A stretch of 39,279 bases of DNA from Hydrurus foetidus (lineage: Eukaryota), in the NCBI GenBank assembly GCA_900617105.1, contig UYFQ01000568.1, positions 1 through 39,279 on the forward strand, written 5' to 3'. Below the pieces are notes generated by a model, which saw only the letters and a program-made list of their open reading frames with translations, was not told where the DNA came from and did not search any database. Below are positions 11,700 through 22,112 of this stretch, one piece after another (position 1 is the stretch's first letter; every line of letters begins with the position of its first letter). Both the position numbers and the translations under genes were made by a program.

Positions 11700-13130
11700 A
11701 GGATCATGTACCTTGTTGGTTTGCAGAGCCGTTGCTCGCGTTGTTATCCCTTGGGGCGGGTTGTATCGACCCCCTCGAGGGTTTTACCTTGATACCCTCT
11801 GCCACCACCTTGGTTGCCCGTAGGACCGGGGTTCCCTTGGTTGCGGTTTTGGTTATTTTGGTTTCCGTAACCTTGGTTGTTTTGGTTTCCGGAACCTTGG
11901 TTCTGGTTACCTTGGTTTTGATTCCCGCGGTTTCCCGAACCTTGATTTTGGTTTCCCTGGTTTGGGTTGAACCCTTACCTCCACCCTGGTTACCCTTGTG
12001 CTTCTTGTTATTGCACATCAAGTAAGGGGGTGCCCCTGCAGGGTGGAATCTCTCCCTGGTTTCGAACCCAGGTAGGATGAGTCTTTCCTGCCACATAACT
12101 TCCCCTTGTGCCAGCCATGCCTTACCTACAAACGAATCAGACCAGTTACAGCCGTGATCGTTGTTGGTATCGGAATAGTACATGACTGTACAATCTGATA
12201 GAATATGTGCAGGGTTTCCGCATGAGCGACAAACCCGGGCAGCGGACACTAACGGTTCGTCAAGTGTCGAACGTACCGCTAGGTTGCTACTCCCACTTGG
12301 GATATCTACATCACGGATAGCCAGTGTGCTCGCCCGCTTTTAGTAGAGCGGGGAGGAGGGACTGCTGTACTCGGAAACGAGTAGACAATGTCAGGGTTGC
12401 CATAACTCCTGCTCATGTGAATTGCGTCGCGAGCCGCCGTGACGACCGCGATAATGCGCAACATGGCGACTTCCCACGTCTTGGGGGACTCATTGTCACG
12501 TGCTTTGTGAGCGACGTAATCACCCAAGATTCGGCTCCCTCGAGGGAGTCGTTTCTCAAGAATCGCTATCAACTCGACATGCTGAGATGCGGTGATATGA
12601 CGGACACGTTCGTGATCCGTGGCGATCTCTTTGTACGCCATGTACGTTACTAACTCTTCCTCATCGGAGGAAAGAGAATAGTGGAAGGGGACCTTAGCAA
12701 ACAGTTCTGCTAAGGTATGATCCCCTTGTTTGTTCTTGCAAAAGTATTGCATTACCAACTTGCCAACACTCTCTATCGGAAGGAGGTTTTGCCAATTAAG
12801 GCGTTGCTCGTTGGTAATAACTGCCAGTGTCGACTGATCAGTTAAGATTTTAACATGAAGCAAATCGATTGCTTGACGTTGCATGCATTGTTTAATATGC
12901 AAGTGAGGTAAGCGTTGTGCTTGCTCATAGAATTCTTCAGCATCCTGCGGAGTAATATAATCTCCCCGTAGGATGAATATCTCACGCTGGATCTGAAGCG
13001 TCTGGGGAAAACCCATGCTTGACGATTGTGAGCTTTGTGAGATGTTAAGGATGTTTCCTTCCTCATCAACCTCATGCTCGTTGTCTGGCTCATTTGGCTC
13101 AGGCTCAGGATGTAGACCCTCGTCTTCCAT
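11700..13130 (-). pseudogene. Gypsy Gag (copy C) with 1-nt frameshifts
   Basis: ORFs 12306..13130 and 11704..12249 join across homopolymer indels. CCHC knuckle CRSCGNPAHILSDC. Collinear with 15849-17350. Confidence 0.85.
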
Positions 13131-13707
13131 CTCCTATCGTAGGATGAGCAGTCGATATAAATCGAGTTGTATCGAAGCAAGGACGAGCTTTCCTCGTCAA
13201 AAAATTTTGCGAGAGCTTCGCCTCGTTCGCGTATCGAGTACTTTACGCAAGTAACAGCGAATGAAAGGATTTCAACCCACTCTTGTCGAGAAAAATTCTA
13301 TGGCGTCGAAGCCGAATTTTGGGTGATCGAAATTTTGGTGTCCTGTTAAGGATGAAGGAAGAACTTCCTGTCGACCAAAAGACGTCCTTAGACTAATCTG
13401 ATGTCGCTAGCAGTGGAACCGGTGTCCAAATTGCCAGTGGAGAACTCCTTAATTTCGAGTTGGGAAGCCTCTCGCGACTTCGACCAAAAACGAACTTTTG
13501 AAAACACCTTTCGGAGGGTTTCAAGCAGGAAGCGGCTATGCCAAACTCCTGTAAACTTAAACTAAGTTCTCGGAGCTTCGGGCTCAGCGAGAAAACGACT
13601 CCTCGGAAGTCGTGGAGTGAATCTACTCCTTTGGAAGTCTATCTAAAGTTTGGGACGAGTAGATAGGTAGAAAAGAAGCGAAGGAGGATGAGCGGCAATA
13701 GCGCTAT

Positions 13708-13904
13708 TATAGCTCGGGATGGGAAAGGAAGAGGCGGAAGACTAGAGGAGGTAGTTAGTTACAGCTAGGAAGCTAGAAGCTAGGGTTAACTTCTACGTGG
13801 AGGCTGTAAGTGGCTACGACGATACGACAGACTGTAGTGTACGGTGGGTAGTGTACCGTAGTACTATCCGGTAGGATCGGGACCTTGGACCCGGAACTAC
13901 CACA
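13708..13904 (-). repeat. Gypsy 5' LTR of copy C (197 bp, TGTGG...CTATA)
   Basis: Homologous to the LTRs at 14554-14746, 28878-29075 and 32194-32388. Confidence 0.85.
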
Positions 13905-14020
13905 CCCACCTTGGACCTGGCTCTAATGCAGATGGACCCTGTCGTCAAGGGCAACGATCAAAGTCGAAGGCAGGGCAGTCCATCTTTGAGCACATCAAAC
14001 AATATACTGCGAAGGATTTC
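13905..14020 (+). pseudogene. Continuation of the Copia-1 integrase after the Gypsy C insertion
   Basis: 9551 ATGGTCACCC + 13905 CCCACCTTGGA rejoin as LIMVT-HLGPGSNADG...RSKSKAGQSIFEHIKQYTAKDFQ, the helix and YxxxGF-like segment expected after D1. Confidence 0.7.
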
Positions 14021-14746
14021 CAAGCGAAGACGAGCGTTCCTCGTCAAAAAATTGCGAGAGCTTCGCCTCGTTCGTTTTGAGGGTACTTTACGCAAGTAAC
14101 AGCGAATAAATGAATTCCAACCCACTCTTCTCGAGAAAAATTCTATGGCGCGAAAGCCGAATTTTGGGTGATAAAAATTTTGGTGTCCTGTAAAGGATGA
14201 AGGAAGAACTTCCTGTCGACCAAAAGACGTCCTTAGACTACTCTGATGTCTCTAGCAATGGAGCCGGTGTCCAAATTGCTAGTGGAGAACTCCTTAATTT
14301 CGAGTTGGGAAGCCTCTCGCGACTTCGACCAGAAACGAAGTTTTGAAAACACCTTTCGGAGGGTTTCAAGCGGGAAGCGGCTATGCCAAACTCCTGTAAA
14401 CTTAATCTAAGTTCTCGGAGCTTCGGGCTCAGCGAGAAAACGACTCCTCGGAAGTCGTGGAGTAAATCTACTCCGTTTGAAGTCTATCTAAAGATTTGGC
14501 CAAGTAGATAGGTAGAAGAAGAAGCGAAGAAGGATGAGCTATAATAGCGCTTTTGTGGCTCTGGATGGGCAAAGGAAGAGACGGAAGACTAGAAGAGGTA
14601 GTAGTTAGTTACAGCTATGGTGCTAGAAGCTTTTCTACGTGGAGGCTGTAAGTGGCTACGACGATACAACAGACTGTAGTGTACGGTGGGTAGTGTACCG
14701 TAGTACCATCCGGTAGGATCGGGACCTTGGACCCCGAACTACCACA
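14021..14746 (-). mobile_element. Gypsy copy B 5' end: LTR 14554-14746 (TGTGG...CCACA) plus ~530 bp of leader
   Basis: Direct repeat of 13170-13904 and inverted repeat of 15314-15806. Flanked by GCAG at 14747-14750. Confidence 0.9.
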
Positions 14747-15313
14747 GCAGCGCAAAGAGAATCATGGAGCGATCAAATTGGAATCTTGTTTGAAATTTAT
14801 CGAGAGGGTGAAGAAACTCTGCCTCAATAAGGAGATCTTACCCATGTCGAGGATATTCAAGTACCAGCGGCGCGCTAGAGATTATATCAGAATGTATCTG
14901 GAGTTGGGCTCACGAGATTGTCAGACAGCGCCGTCGCATTCTGTGCTGGAGAGGATAAGAAAGAGGTCAAAAACTCATCGGAATATCATGGAAATTGACA
15001 GAGATTTCATCCGAGAATGTTAAACACCAACCATATTTGCGGAGAATATTGCCACTCTCGAAGGCAAGAAAGAATGTGCTCTTCGGCAGGAAGACGCAGC
15101 GACAGAGTTGAGAGAATTGCTGAAGAGATGAATGTTGTTTCCTGTTTCCTTTCATCGGCGACCATGAGATATTTTGAATGTTCTATGGCTTGAAACTTGA
15201 AACGAAGTGACCGACGCACTTTAAGATTTTTTAAGGTATTTTTTGGTGTGACAAAAGTTTTAAGATGTTTTTTTCCAAAGCCGGAAATGATGATTCGTGG
15301 TGTCACCAGCCCG
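14747..15313 (+). mobile_element. 3' part of an IS630-Tc1-mariner-type transposon: transposase C-terminus (stop at 15023) and TIR 15298-15313, then TA
   Basis: QRKENHG...IFKYQRRARDYIRMY...KRSKTHRNIMEIDRDF continues ...WGKLKFEQ from 29076. TIR tggtgtcaccagcccg|TA. Confidence 0.85.
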
Positions 15314-18300
15314 TATGTACTCGGCCAAATCTTGAGATAGACTTCAAACGGAGTAGATTTACTCCACGACTTCCGAGGAGTCGTTTTCTCGCTGAGCCCG
15401 AAGCTCCGAGAACTTAGATTAAGTTTACAGGAGTTTGGCATAGCCGCTTCCCGCTTGAAACCCTCCGAAAGGTGTTTTCAAAACTTCGTTTCTGGTCGAA
15501 GTCGCGAGAGGCTTCCCAACTCGAAATTAAGGAGTTCTCCACTAGCAATTTGGACACCGGCTCCATTGCTAGAGACATCAGAGTAGTCTAAGGACGTCTT
15601 TTGGTCGACAGGAAGTTCTTCCTTCATCCTTAACAGGACCCAACATTTTCCATCACCCAAAATTCGGCTTTCACGCCATAGAATTTTTCTCGAGAAGAGT
15701 GGGTTGGAATTCCTTTATTCGCTGTTACTTGCGCAAAGTACCCAATAAGCGAACGAGGCGAAGCTCTCGTAATTTTTTTTGACGAGGAACGCTCGTCTTC
15801 GCTTGGATACAACTCGATTTATATCGATTGCTCATCCTACGATAGGAGATGGAAGACAACGATCTACATCCTGAGCCTGAGCCAAATGAGCGAGACAACG
15901 AGCATGAGATTGATGAGGAAGGAAACTTCCTTAACATCTCACAAAGCTCACAATCGTCGAACATGGAGTTCCCCTAGACGCTCCAGATCCAGCGTGAGAT
16001 ATTCATCCTAAGGGGGGATTATATTACTCCGCAGGATGCTGAGGAATTCTATGAGCAAGCACAACGCTTGCCTCACTTGCATATCAAACAATGCATGCAA
16101 CGTCAAGCAATCGATTTGCTTCATGTTAAAATCTTAACTGATCAGTCGACACTGGCAGTTATTACCAACGAGCAAAGGCTTAATTGGCAAAACCTCCTTC
16201 CGATAGAGAGTGTTGGCAAGTTGGTAATGCAATACTTTTGCAAGAACAAACAAGGGGATCATACCTTAGCAGAACTGTTTGCTAAGGTCCCTTTCCACTA
16301 TTCTCTTTCCTCTGATGAGGAAGAGTTAGTAACGTACATGGCGTACAAAGAGATCGCCACGGATCACGAACGTGTCCGTCATATCACCGCATCTCAGCAT
16401 GCCGAGTTGATAGCGATTCTTGAGAAACGACTCCCTCGAGGGAGCCGAATCTTGGGTGATTACGTCGCTCACAAAGCGCGTGACAATGAGTCCCCCAAGA
16501 CGTGGGAAGTCGCCATGTTGCGCATTATCGCAGTCGTCACGGCGGCGCGTGAGGCAATCCACATGAGCAGGAGTTATGGCAACCCTGACATTGTCTACTC
16601 TTTTCCGAGTACAGCAGTACCTCCTCCCCGCTCTACGAAAAAGCGGGCGAGTACACTCGCTATACGTGATGTAGATATCCCAAGTGGGAGTAGCAACCTA
16701 GCGGTGCGTTTGACACTCGACGAACCGCTCGTGTCCGCTGCCCGGGTTTGTCGCTCATGCGGAAACCCTGCACATATTCTATCAGATTGTACAGTCATGT
16801 ACTATTCCGATACCAACAACGATCACGGCTGTAACTGGTCTGATTCGTTTGTAGGTAAGGCATGGCTGGCACAAGGTGAAGTTATGTGGCAGGAGAGACT
16901 CATCCTACCTGGGTACGAAACCAGGGAGAGATACCACCCTGCGGGGGCAACCCCTTACTTGATGTGCAACAAGAAGAAGCACAAGGGTAACCAGGGTGGA
17001 GGTAAGGGGTTCAACCCCAACCAGGGGAACCAAAACCAAGGTTCCAGAAACCGTGGGAATCAAAACCAAGGTAACCAGAACCAAGGTTACGGTAACCAAA
17101 ACTACCAAAACCGCAACCAAGGGAACCCCGGTCCTGGGTTTAACCAAGGTGGAGGCAGAGGGTACCAAGGGAAGAACCCTCGAGGGGGTAGATACAACCC
17201 GCCCCACGGGGATAACAACGCGAGCGCCGGCTCTGCGAACCAACAAGGTACATATGATCATGATGTCGATTCCTCTGATATCACTGACATAGAGCATTCA
17301 GTATCATGCATTACTGCATCTGTCATTTCAGCAATTATTCCCCATGAATTTTGCATGATTCGTCAATTCTACCTTCTGACCATCTCAACGTAACGGTTTT
17401 GGTACAGGATAAGGATAAGGAGCGCCAATCTAGCGTACGACGCATTGTGGGCAAGGCCGTACTCGATACCGCCAACTGCTCCGAGGATTTTGTTTCTTTC
17501 ACTATGATTGATAAATTGAATGCTGAACATAACTGTTATACAGCTTCTAACGCCATTACTGTTTGCTCTGGTCTCGATGGCCAGTGCTATATAAATAACG
17601 AAATGATTGATTTACTTCTCAAGTTACATTCTTACGACGGCGAGTGCCATACCATTCCATTAACGATGCGGGTTAATAGGAACACAGATATTGAACTTTT
17701 ATTAAGTCGAAAAACTGTAAATAAATGCGATTTTATGTCATTAACACCTTTCGCTTTTGGCATTTCTCCCGAGATTAGTGCCGAGAAAAAAAGGAAGCGT
17801 GATGCTCGTTGGCTCCAGTTTTAAGAAAGGGAAGCGATAGCCAAGCTTGACCCGCTTCACTGGCACAAATATACCAGACGTATGATATCTCAGGGTTTTA
17901 TACCCGAAGAACCGGAAGTGGAGTCGATTACACCAACATACGATATGTTAAAGGGTATCACAAAGGCCAAACTTTCAGATCGGAAAGAACCATACGGTCT
18001 ATGCCCAAAGCCAACACCTAAGAAGGCCATTCTGCACGCACCTCTAACCAAGGAAGTCGTAGGGTCAGGTTGTCATACAACGTTCACGTGTAACGTTATC
18101 CAGGACGGTACCAAGGGAGTCATGACCCAAAGTCCATGTGGTGATGTGGGTTGTGAGCGACTGGACAGTGTCTCGACTGTACTCGCGAAACGTACGGGTG
18201 ATACCCCGCACCTAGATGGTGACTCGATTCCCATCCTCACACATACCTCTGGGGACACTGTTACATCAGACGACGACGCGGAAGCCATATGGCCAAGCGG

Positions 18301-19200
18301 TGTCGCACTCCCCGTTGACGAGATTGATGATGATAAAACTGATACCTTCGCACCTTTCTTGCGTGACAAGACGTGCCGGAATGTACCGCCCAATGGGCCG
18401 GATGATTTTTTGTCTCAGATTCATTTTGAAGGAGATGAAAGCCTTCAAAATGATCTCCGTACTCTCTGTTCTGAATTCGCTGATATATTCAGTGATAAGC
18501 TAGCTCCGCAAGCTGCTGACCTCAAGCCGTTTGAGATAAACCTGCCACGGCAGAAATGAGAGGTTCCTTCAAACCACGCACCAGTGCGACCCCAATCCTC
18601 TAAAAGGAACATTATCTCCGCACTTCTATCGAAGAGATGTTGGAGGATGGTGTGATCGAGAGGTCAAACGCTGCATACTACAGTCATCCTGTAATGGTAA
18701 ATAAGACAGCCGATACATATCGAACCTGCATCGATTATCGAGCACTCAATGAATGCATTGAGCCGGCCTCCTTTCCACCACCAAATATCAAACACCTCTT
18801 TGAGAGGATCGGTAATCGAAAACCGGATATTTATGGGGTGATGGATTTAACCGCGGGTTACCATCAAGCTCCCTTATATACACCCCACCGAATCTATACG
18901 GCATTTATATGTTTCATCGGGGTGTTTCAATTCACGAGATTGCCTTTTGGCCCTTGTCGTGCCCCCTCTTACTTTCAAGAGCAGATGGTGACAACGGTCC
19001 TTCACGGTCTCATATACAGCTGTTGCGAGATGTATCTCGATGATTGCATTGTATATGGCCAGGGCGAAGCAGAGTTTCTTTTGAACTTGAGGAAAGTCTT
19101 TGAGAGATTTCGACTTAAAAATCTTAAACTCAAAGCAAAGATATGCCGATTCGGTCTTAAACGTATCGAATACGTTGGACGAGTCATCGAGAAAGATGGT
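15314..19200 (+). mobile_element. Gypsy copy A body: leader, gag, PR, RT, with stops and a frameshift
   Basis: Gag ATG at 15849, TAG near 15975, CCHC knuckle, N/Q/G tract, frameshift near 17350, PR VLDTAN, stops at 17822 and 18557, RT YLDD. Confidence 0.92.
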
Positions 19201-19608
19201 CACCCTCCAACTCGATTACACACTAAATGGAAAGGTCCTTTCCGTGTGGTATCCTTTGAAGGATCTAAGTATGTTCTCGCGAACTTAATTACACATAAAC
19301 ACAATAGTGTACATGTAACGAATCTTAAAATATTCAATTATGACCCTTCGTTGGGCTTACTTGCTGATACAGTACGTCGCGATTACATGGAGTATTTCGT
19401 TGAGAAAGTTCTTAATCACTCGGGTGATAAAAAGAAACCGACTATGATGTCGTTCCATGTAAAATGGCTCAACTATGATGACTCACATAATACATGGGAG
19501 CCCTGGAAGAATCTCCGGCTCTGTGATGCACTCCATGTATACTTGAGGAACAATAACATGTCGCGTTTTGTTCCCAGGAATATTGAGGGATCAACCACCG
19601 AGGTTTGA
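18637..19608 (+). CDS. In-frame RT::GPY/F-chromodomain fusion created by an internal deletion
   Basis: RT ...EYVGRVIEKDG joins HPPTRLHTKWKGPF... at 19200/19201. Copy C continues DGLSMSKEK at this point. Confidence 0.9.
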   Translation: MLEDGVIERSNAAYYSHPVMVNKTADTYRTCIDYRALNECIEPASFPPPNIKHLFERIGNRKPDIYGVMDLTAGYHQAPLYTPHRIYTAFICFIGVFQFTRLPFGPCRAPSYFQEQMVTTVLHGLIYSCCEMYLDDCIVYGQGEAEFLLNLRKVFERFRLKNLKLKAKICRFGLKRIEYVGRVIEKDGHPPTRLHTKWKGPFRVVSFEGSKYVLANLITHKHNSVHVTNLKIFNYDPSLGLLADTVRRDYMEYFVEKVLNHSGDKKKPTMMSFHVKWLNYDDSHNTWEPWKNLRLCDALHVYLRNNNMSRFVPRNIEGSTTEV

Positions 19609-20325
19609 GCTCAAACGCAATATCTTTTGAAGAGTTTTTTGGCCTAATTTTTGCCCTCACGAGGGATTTTTATGGTTTTTTAGTCAGTAAAAATCTGACA
19701 TAATTACGTTTGACCCTCGTACAACAGAACGATTCTGTTTTGTACATACTCCCTTATTCTTATCTTTCTCACGATTTCAGAAACCCCTTCGAAATTTCTT
19801 TTGTCTATACTTGCATTTTTTTAAATTATTGTACATATTTTTGATTTTCGTTTTCCGTTATCATTTATGTTATTAGTTAAATATTGGTATCTAGAAACGG
19901 GGGTTTCGCCATAGTTTAGTGTAGTTTAGATTTTCTTTGAGAAAGAAGGATAAGTAGTAGTGTGGTAGTTCCGGGTCCAAGGTCCCGATCCTACCGGATG
20001 GTACTACGGTACACTACCCACCGTACACTACAGTCTGTTGTATCGTCGTAGCCACTTACAGCCTCCACGTAGAAGTTAACCCTAGCTTCTAGCACCATAG
20101 CTGTAACTAACTACTACCTCCAGTCTTCCGTCTCTAACTACTACCTCCAACGGTGTCGACCGTGCCCTCACTCGACTGTACAGTCTTAACCAAGTGTGGA
20201 AAAATATGAAACAGCACGTACGTTCATACATACGTAACTGCCCTTGTTGTCAAAAACTAAGTGCGGTTGATGCGAAAATCAATGCAGCTCATTTTTGAAC
20301 TTCCACTCACGCAATTTTCGATACG

Positions 20326-21390
20326 TTGAATATTGACTATGTGGGTCCTTTCCCCGATAAGGGGTATATTCTCGTCATAATTGACACCTTCTCCAGATGG
20401 ACAGAAATGTTCTGGTGTAAGGACGCTACTGCCGAATCTGCAGCGGAGAGTTTATTGACACATTTTGGTCGATTCGGTTCGCCAAACATGATAAGATCAG
20501 ATCGTGGATCCCATTTCGCTAACGATCTCACAAAAGAGTTCTTGGATCTTACGGGTACGCCCCATAACCTCACTCTAGCTTCCTCCTCTCAGGAGAATGC
20601 AATTGTTGAACGAGTCAATAAAGAGATTAATAGACATTTAAAAGGACTGGTATTCGATACACCGTCTCTTGTCCATTATGCAAAATGCATTCCGTTCGTA
20701 CAACGAATTATTAATAGTTCAGTTAATAAACGTACGGGTGCAAGTCCAGCATCTATCCTATTTGCGGATAAACTTGATTTGAATCGAGGGATTTTAACGC
20801 CTCATTTGTTACCAATGATATCATCTTCAAACTCAACATATATAGCTGATTTAATCGAAATACAGGACAAAGTCCTCGATGCAGCAATCGACTCACTTCA
20901 AAAATGTGATGGAAAACACAAAAAGTCAACATCCGGTTTGACAGTGTTCCCTATAGGGTCGTATGTCTTGGTAAAACAAGAACACCCTCCAACTCGATTA
21001 CACACTAAATGGAAAGGTCCTTTCCGTGTGGTATCCTTTGAAGGATCTAAGTATGTTCTCGCGAACTTAATTACACATAAACACAATAGTGTACATGTAA
21101 CGAATCTTAAAATATTCAATTATGACCCTTCGTTGGGCTTACTTGCTGATACAGCACGTCGCGATTACATGGAGTATTTCGTTGAGAAAGTTCTTAATCA
21201 CTCGGGTGATAAAAAGAAACCGACTATGATGTCGTTCCATGTAAAATGGCTCAACTATGATGACTCACATAATACATGGGAGCCCTGGAAGAATCTCCGG
21301 CTCTGTGATGCACTCCATGTATACTTGAGGAACAATAACATGTCGCGTTTTGTTCCCAGGAATATTGAGGGATCAACCACCGAGGTTTGA
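20326..21390 (+). CDS. Integrase core (DD35E) + GPY/F + chromodomain, unit 1
   Basis: NIDYVGP, IRSDRG, NAIVER with 35 residues between D and E; KWKGPF; YFVEKVL...VKWLNY...NTWEP. A TGA lies upstream, after the CPCC zinc ligands. Confidence 0.92.
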   Translation: MNIDYVGPFPDKGYILVIIDTFSRWTEMFWCKDATAESAAESLLTHFGRFGSPNMIRSDRGSHFANDLTKEFLDLTGTPHNLTLASSSQENAIVERVNKEINRHLKGLVFDTPSLVHYAKCIPFVQRIINSSVNKRTGASPASILFADKLDLNRGILTPHLLPMISSSNSTYIADLIEIQDKVLDAAIDSLQKCDGKHKKSTSGLTVFPIGSYVLVKQEHPPTRLHTKWKGPFRVVSFEGSKYVLANLITHKHNSVHVTNLKIFNYDPSLGLLADTARRDYMEYFVEKVLNHSGDKKKPTMMSFHVKWLNYDDSHNTWEPWKNLRLCDALHVYLRNNNMSRFVPRNIEGSTTEV

Positions 21391-22112
21391 GCTCAAACGC
21401 AATATCTTTTGAAGAGTTTTTTGGCCTAATTTTTGCCCTCACGAGGGATTTTTATGGTTTTTTAGTCAGTAAAAATCTGACATAATTACGTTTGACCCTC
21501 GTACAACAGAACGATTCTGTTTTGTACATACTCCCTTATTCTTATCTTTCTCACGATTTCAGAAACCCCTTCGAAATTTCAGAAACCCCTTATACTTGCA
21601 TTTTTTTAAATTATTGTACATATTTTTGATTTTCGTTTTCCGTTATCATTTATGTTATTAGTTAAATATTGGTATCTAGAAACGGGGGTTTCGCCATAGT
21701 TTAGTGTAGTTTAGATTTTCTTTGAGAAAGAAGGATAAGTAGTGGTAGTGGGGTAGTTCCGGGTCCAAGGTCCCGATCCTACCGGATGGTACTACGGTAC
21801 ACTACCCACCGTACACTACAGTCTGTTGTATCGTCGTAGCCACTTACAGCCTCCACGTAGAAGTTAACCCTAGCTTCTAGCACCATAGCTGTAACTAACT
21901 ACTACCTCCAGTCTTCCGTCTCTAACTACTACCTCCAACGGTGTCGACCGTGCCCTCACTCGACTGTACAGTCTTAACCAAGTGTGGAAAAATATGAAAC
22001 AGCACGTACGTTCATACATACGAAACTGCCCTTGTTGTCAAAAACTAAGTGCGGTTGATGCGAAAATCAATGCAGCTCATTTTTGAACTTCCACTCACGC
22101 AATTTTCGATAC

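Larger units (their letters stand above)
9562..13904 (-). mobile_element. Ty3/gypsy copy C: 5' LTR, leader, gag, PR, RT; 3' half missing; inserted in Copia-1 integrase
   Basis: LTR at 13708-13904, gag at 13130-11700, pol at 11672-9570. High identity to 15314-19200 in inverted orientation. The flanks are contiguous Copia-1 integrase sequence. Confidence 0.92.

Noticed and set aside
15007..15964. Minus-strand ORFs of 60-144 aa, and the matching plus-strand ORFs at 13015-14099
   Set aside because: They are antisense to the Gypsy leader/gag or cross insertion junctions, and their frames are not conserved between copies.
18550..18565. TGA read as Trp (alternative genetic code), suggested by TGA at Trp positions here, at 23073 and at 32588
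   Set aside because: Paralogous copies have TGG at the first two sites. Another TGA replaces TCA, TAA and TAG also interrupt genes, and the integrase ORFs end in TGA. These are ordinary lesions.
20337..21442. Recurrent antisense ORFs of 63-97 aa in every array unit
   Set aside because: They recur only because the DNA is duplicated. They have no motifs and are shadows of the integrase frame.
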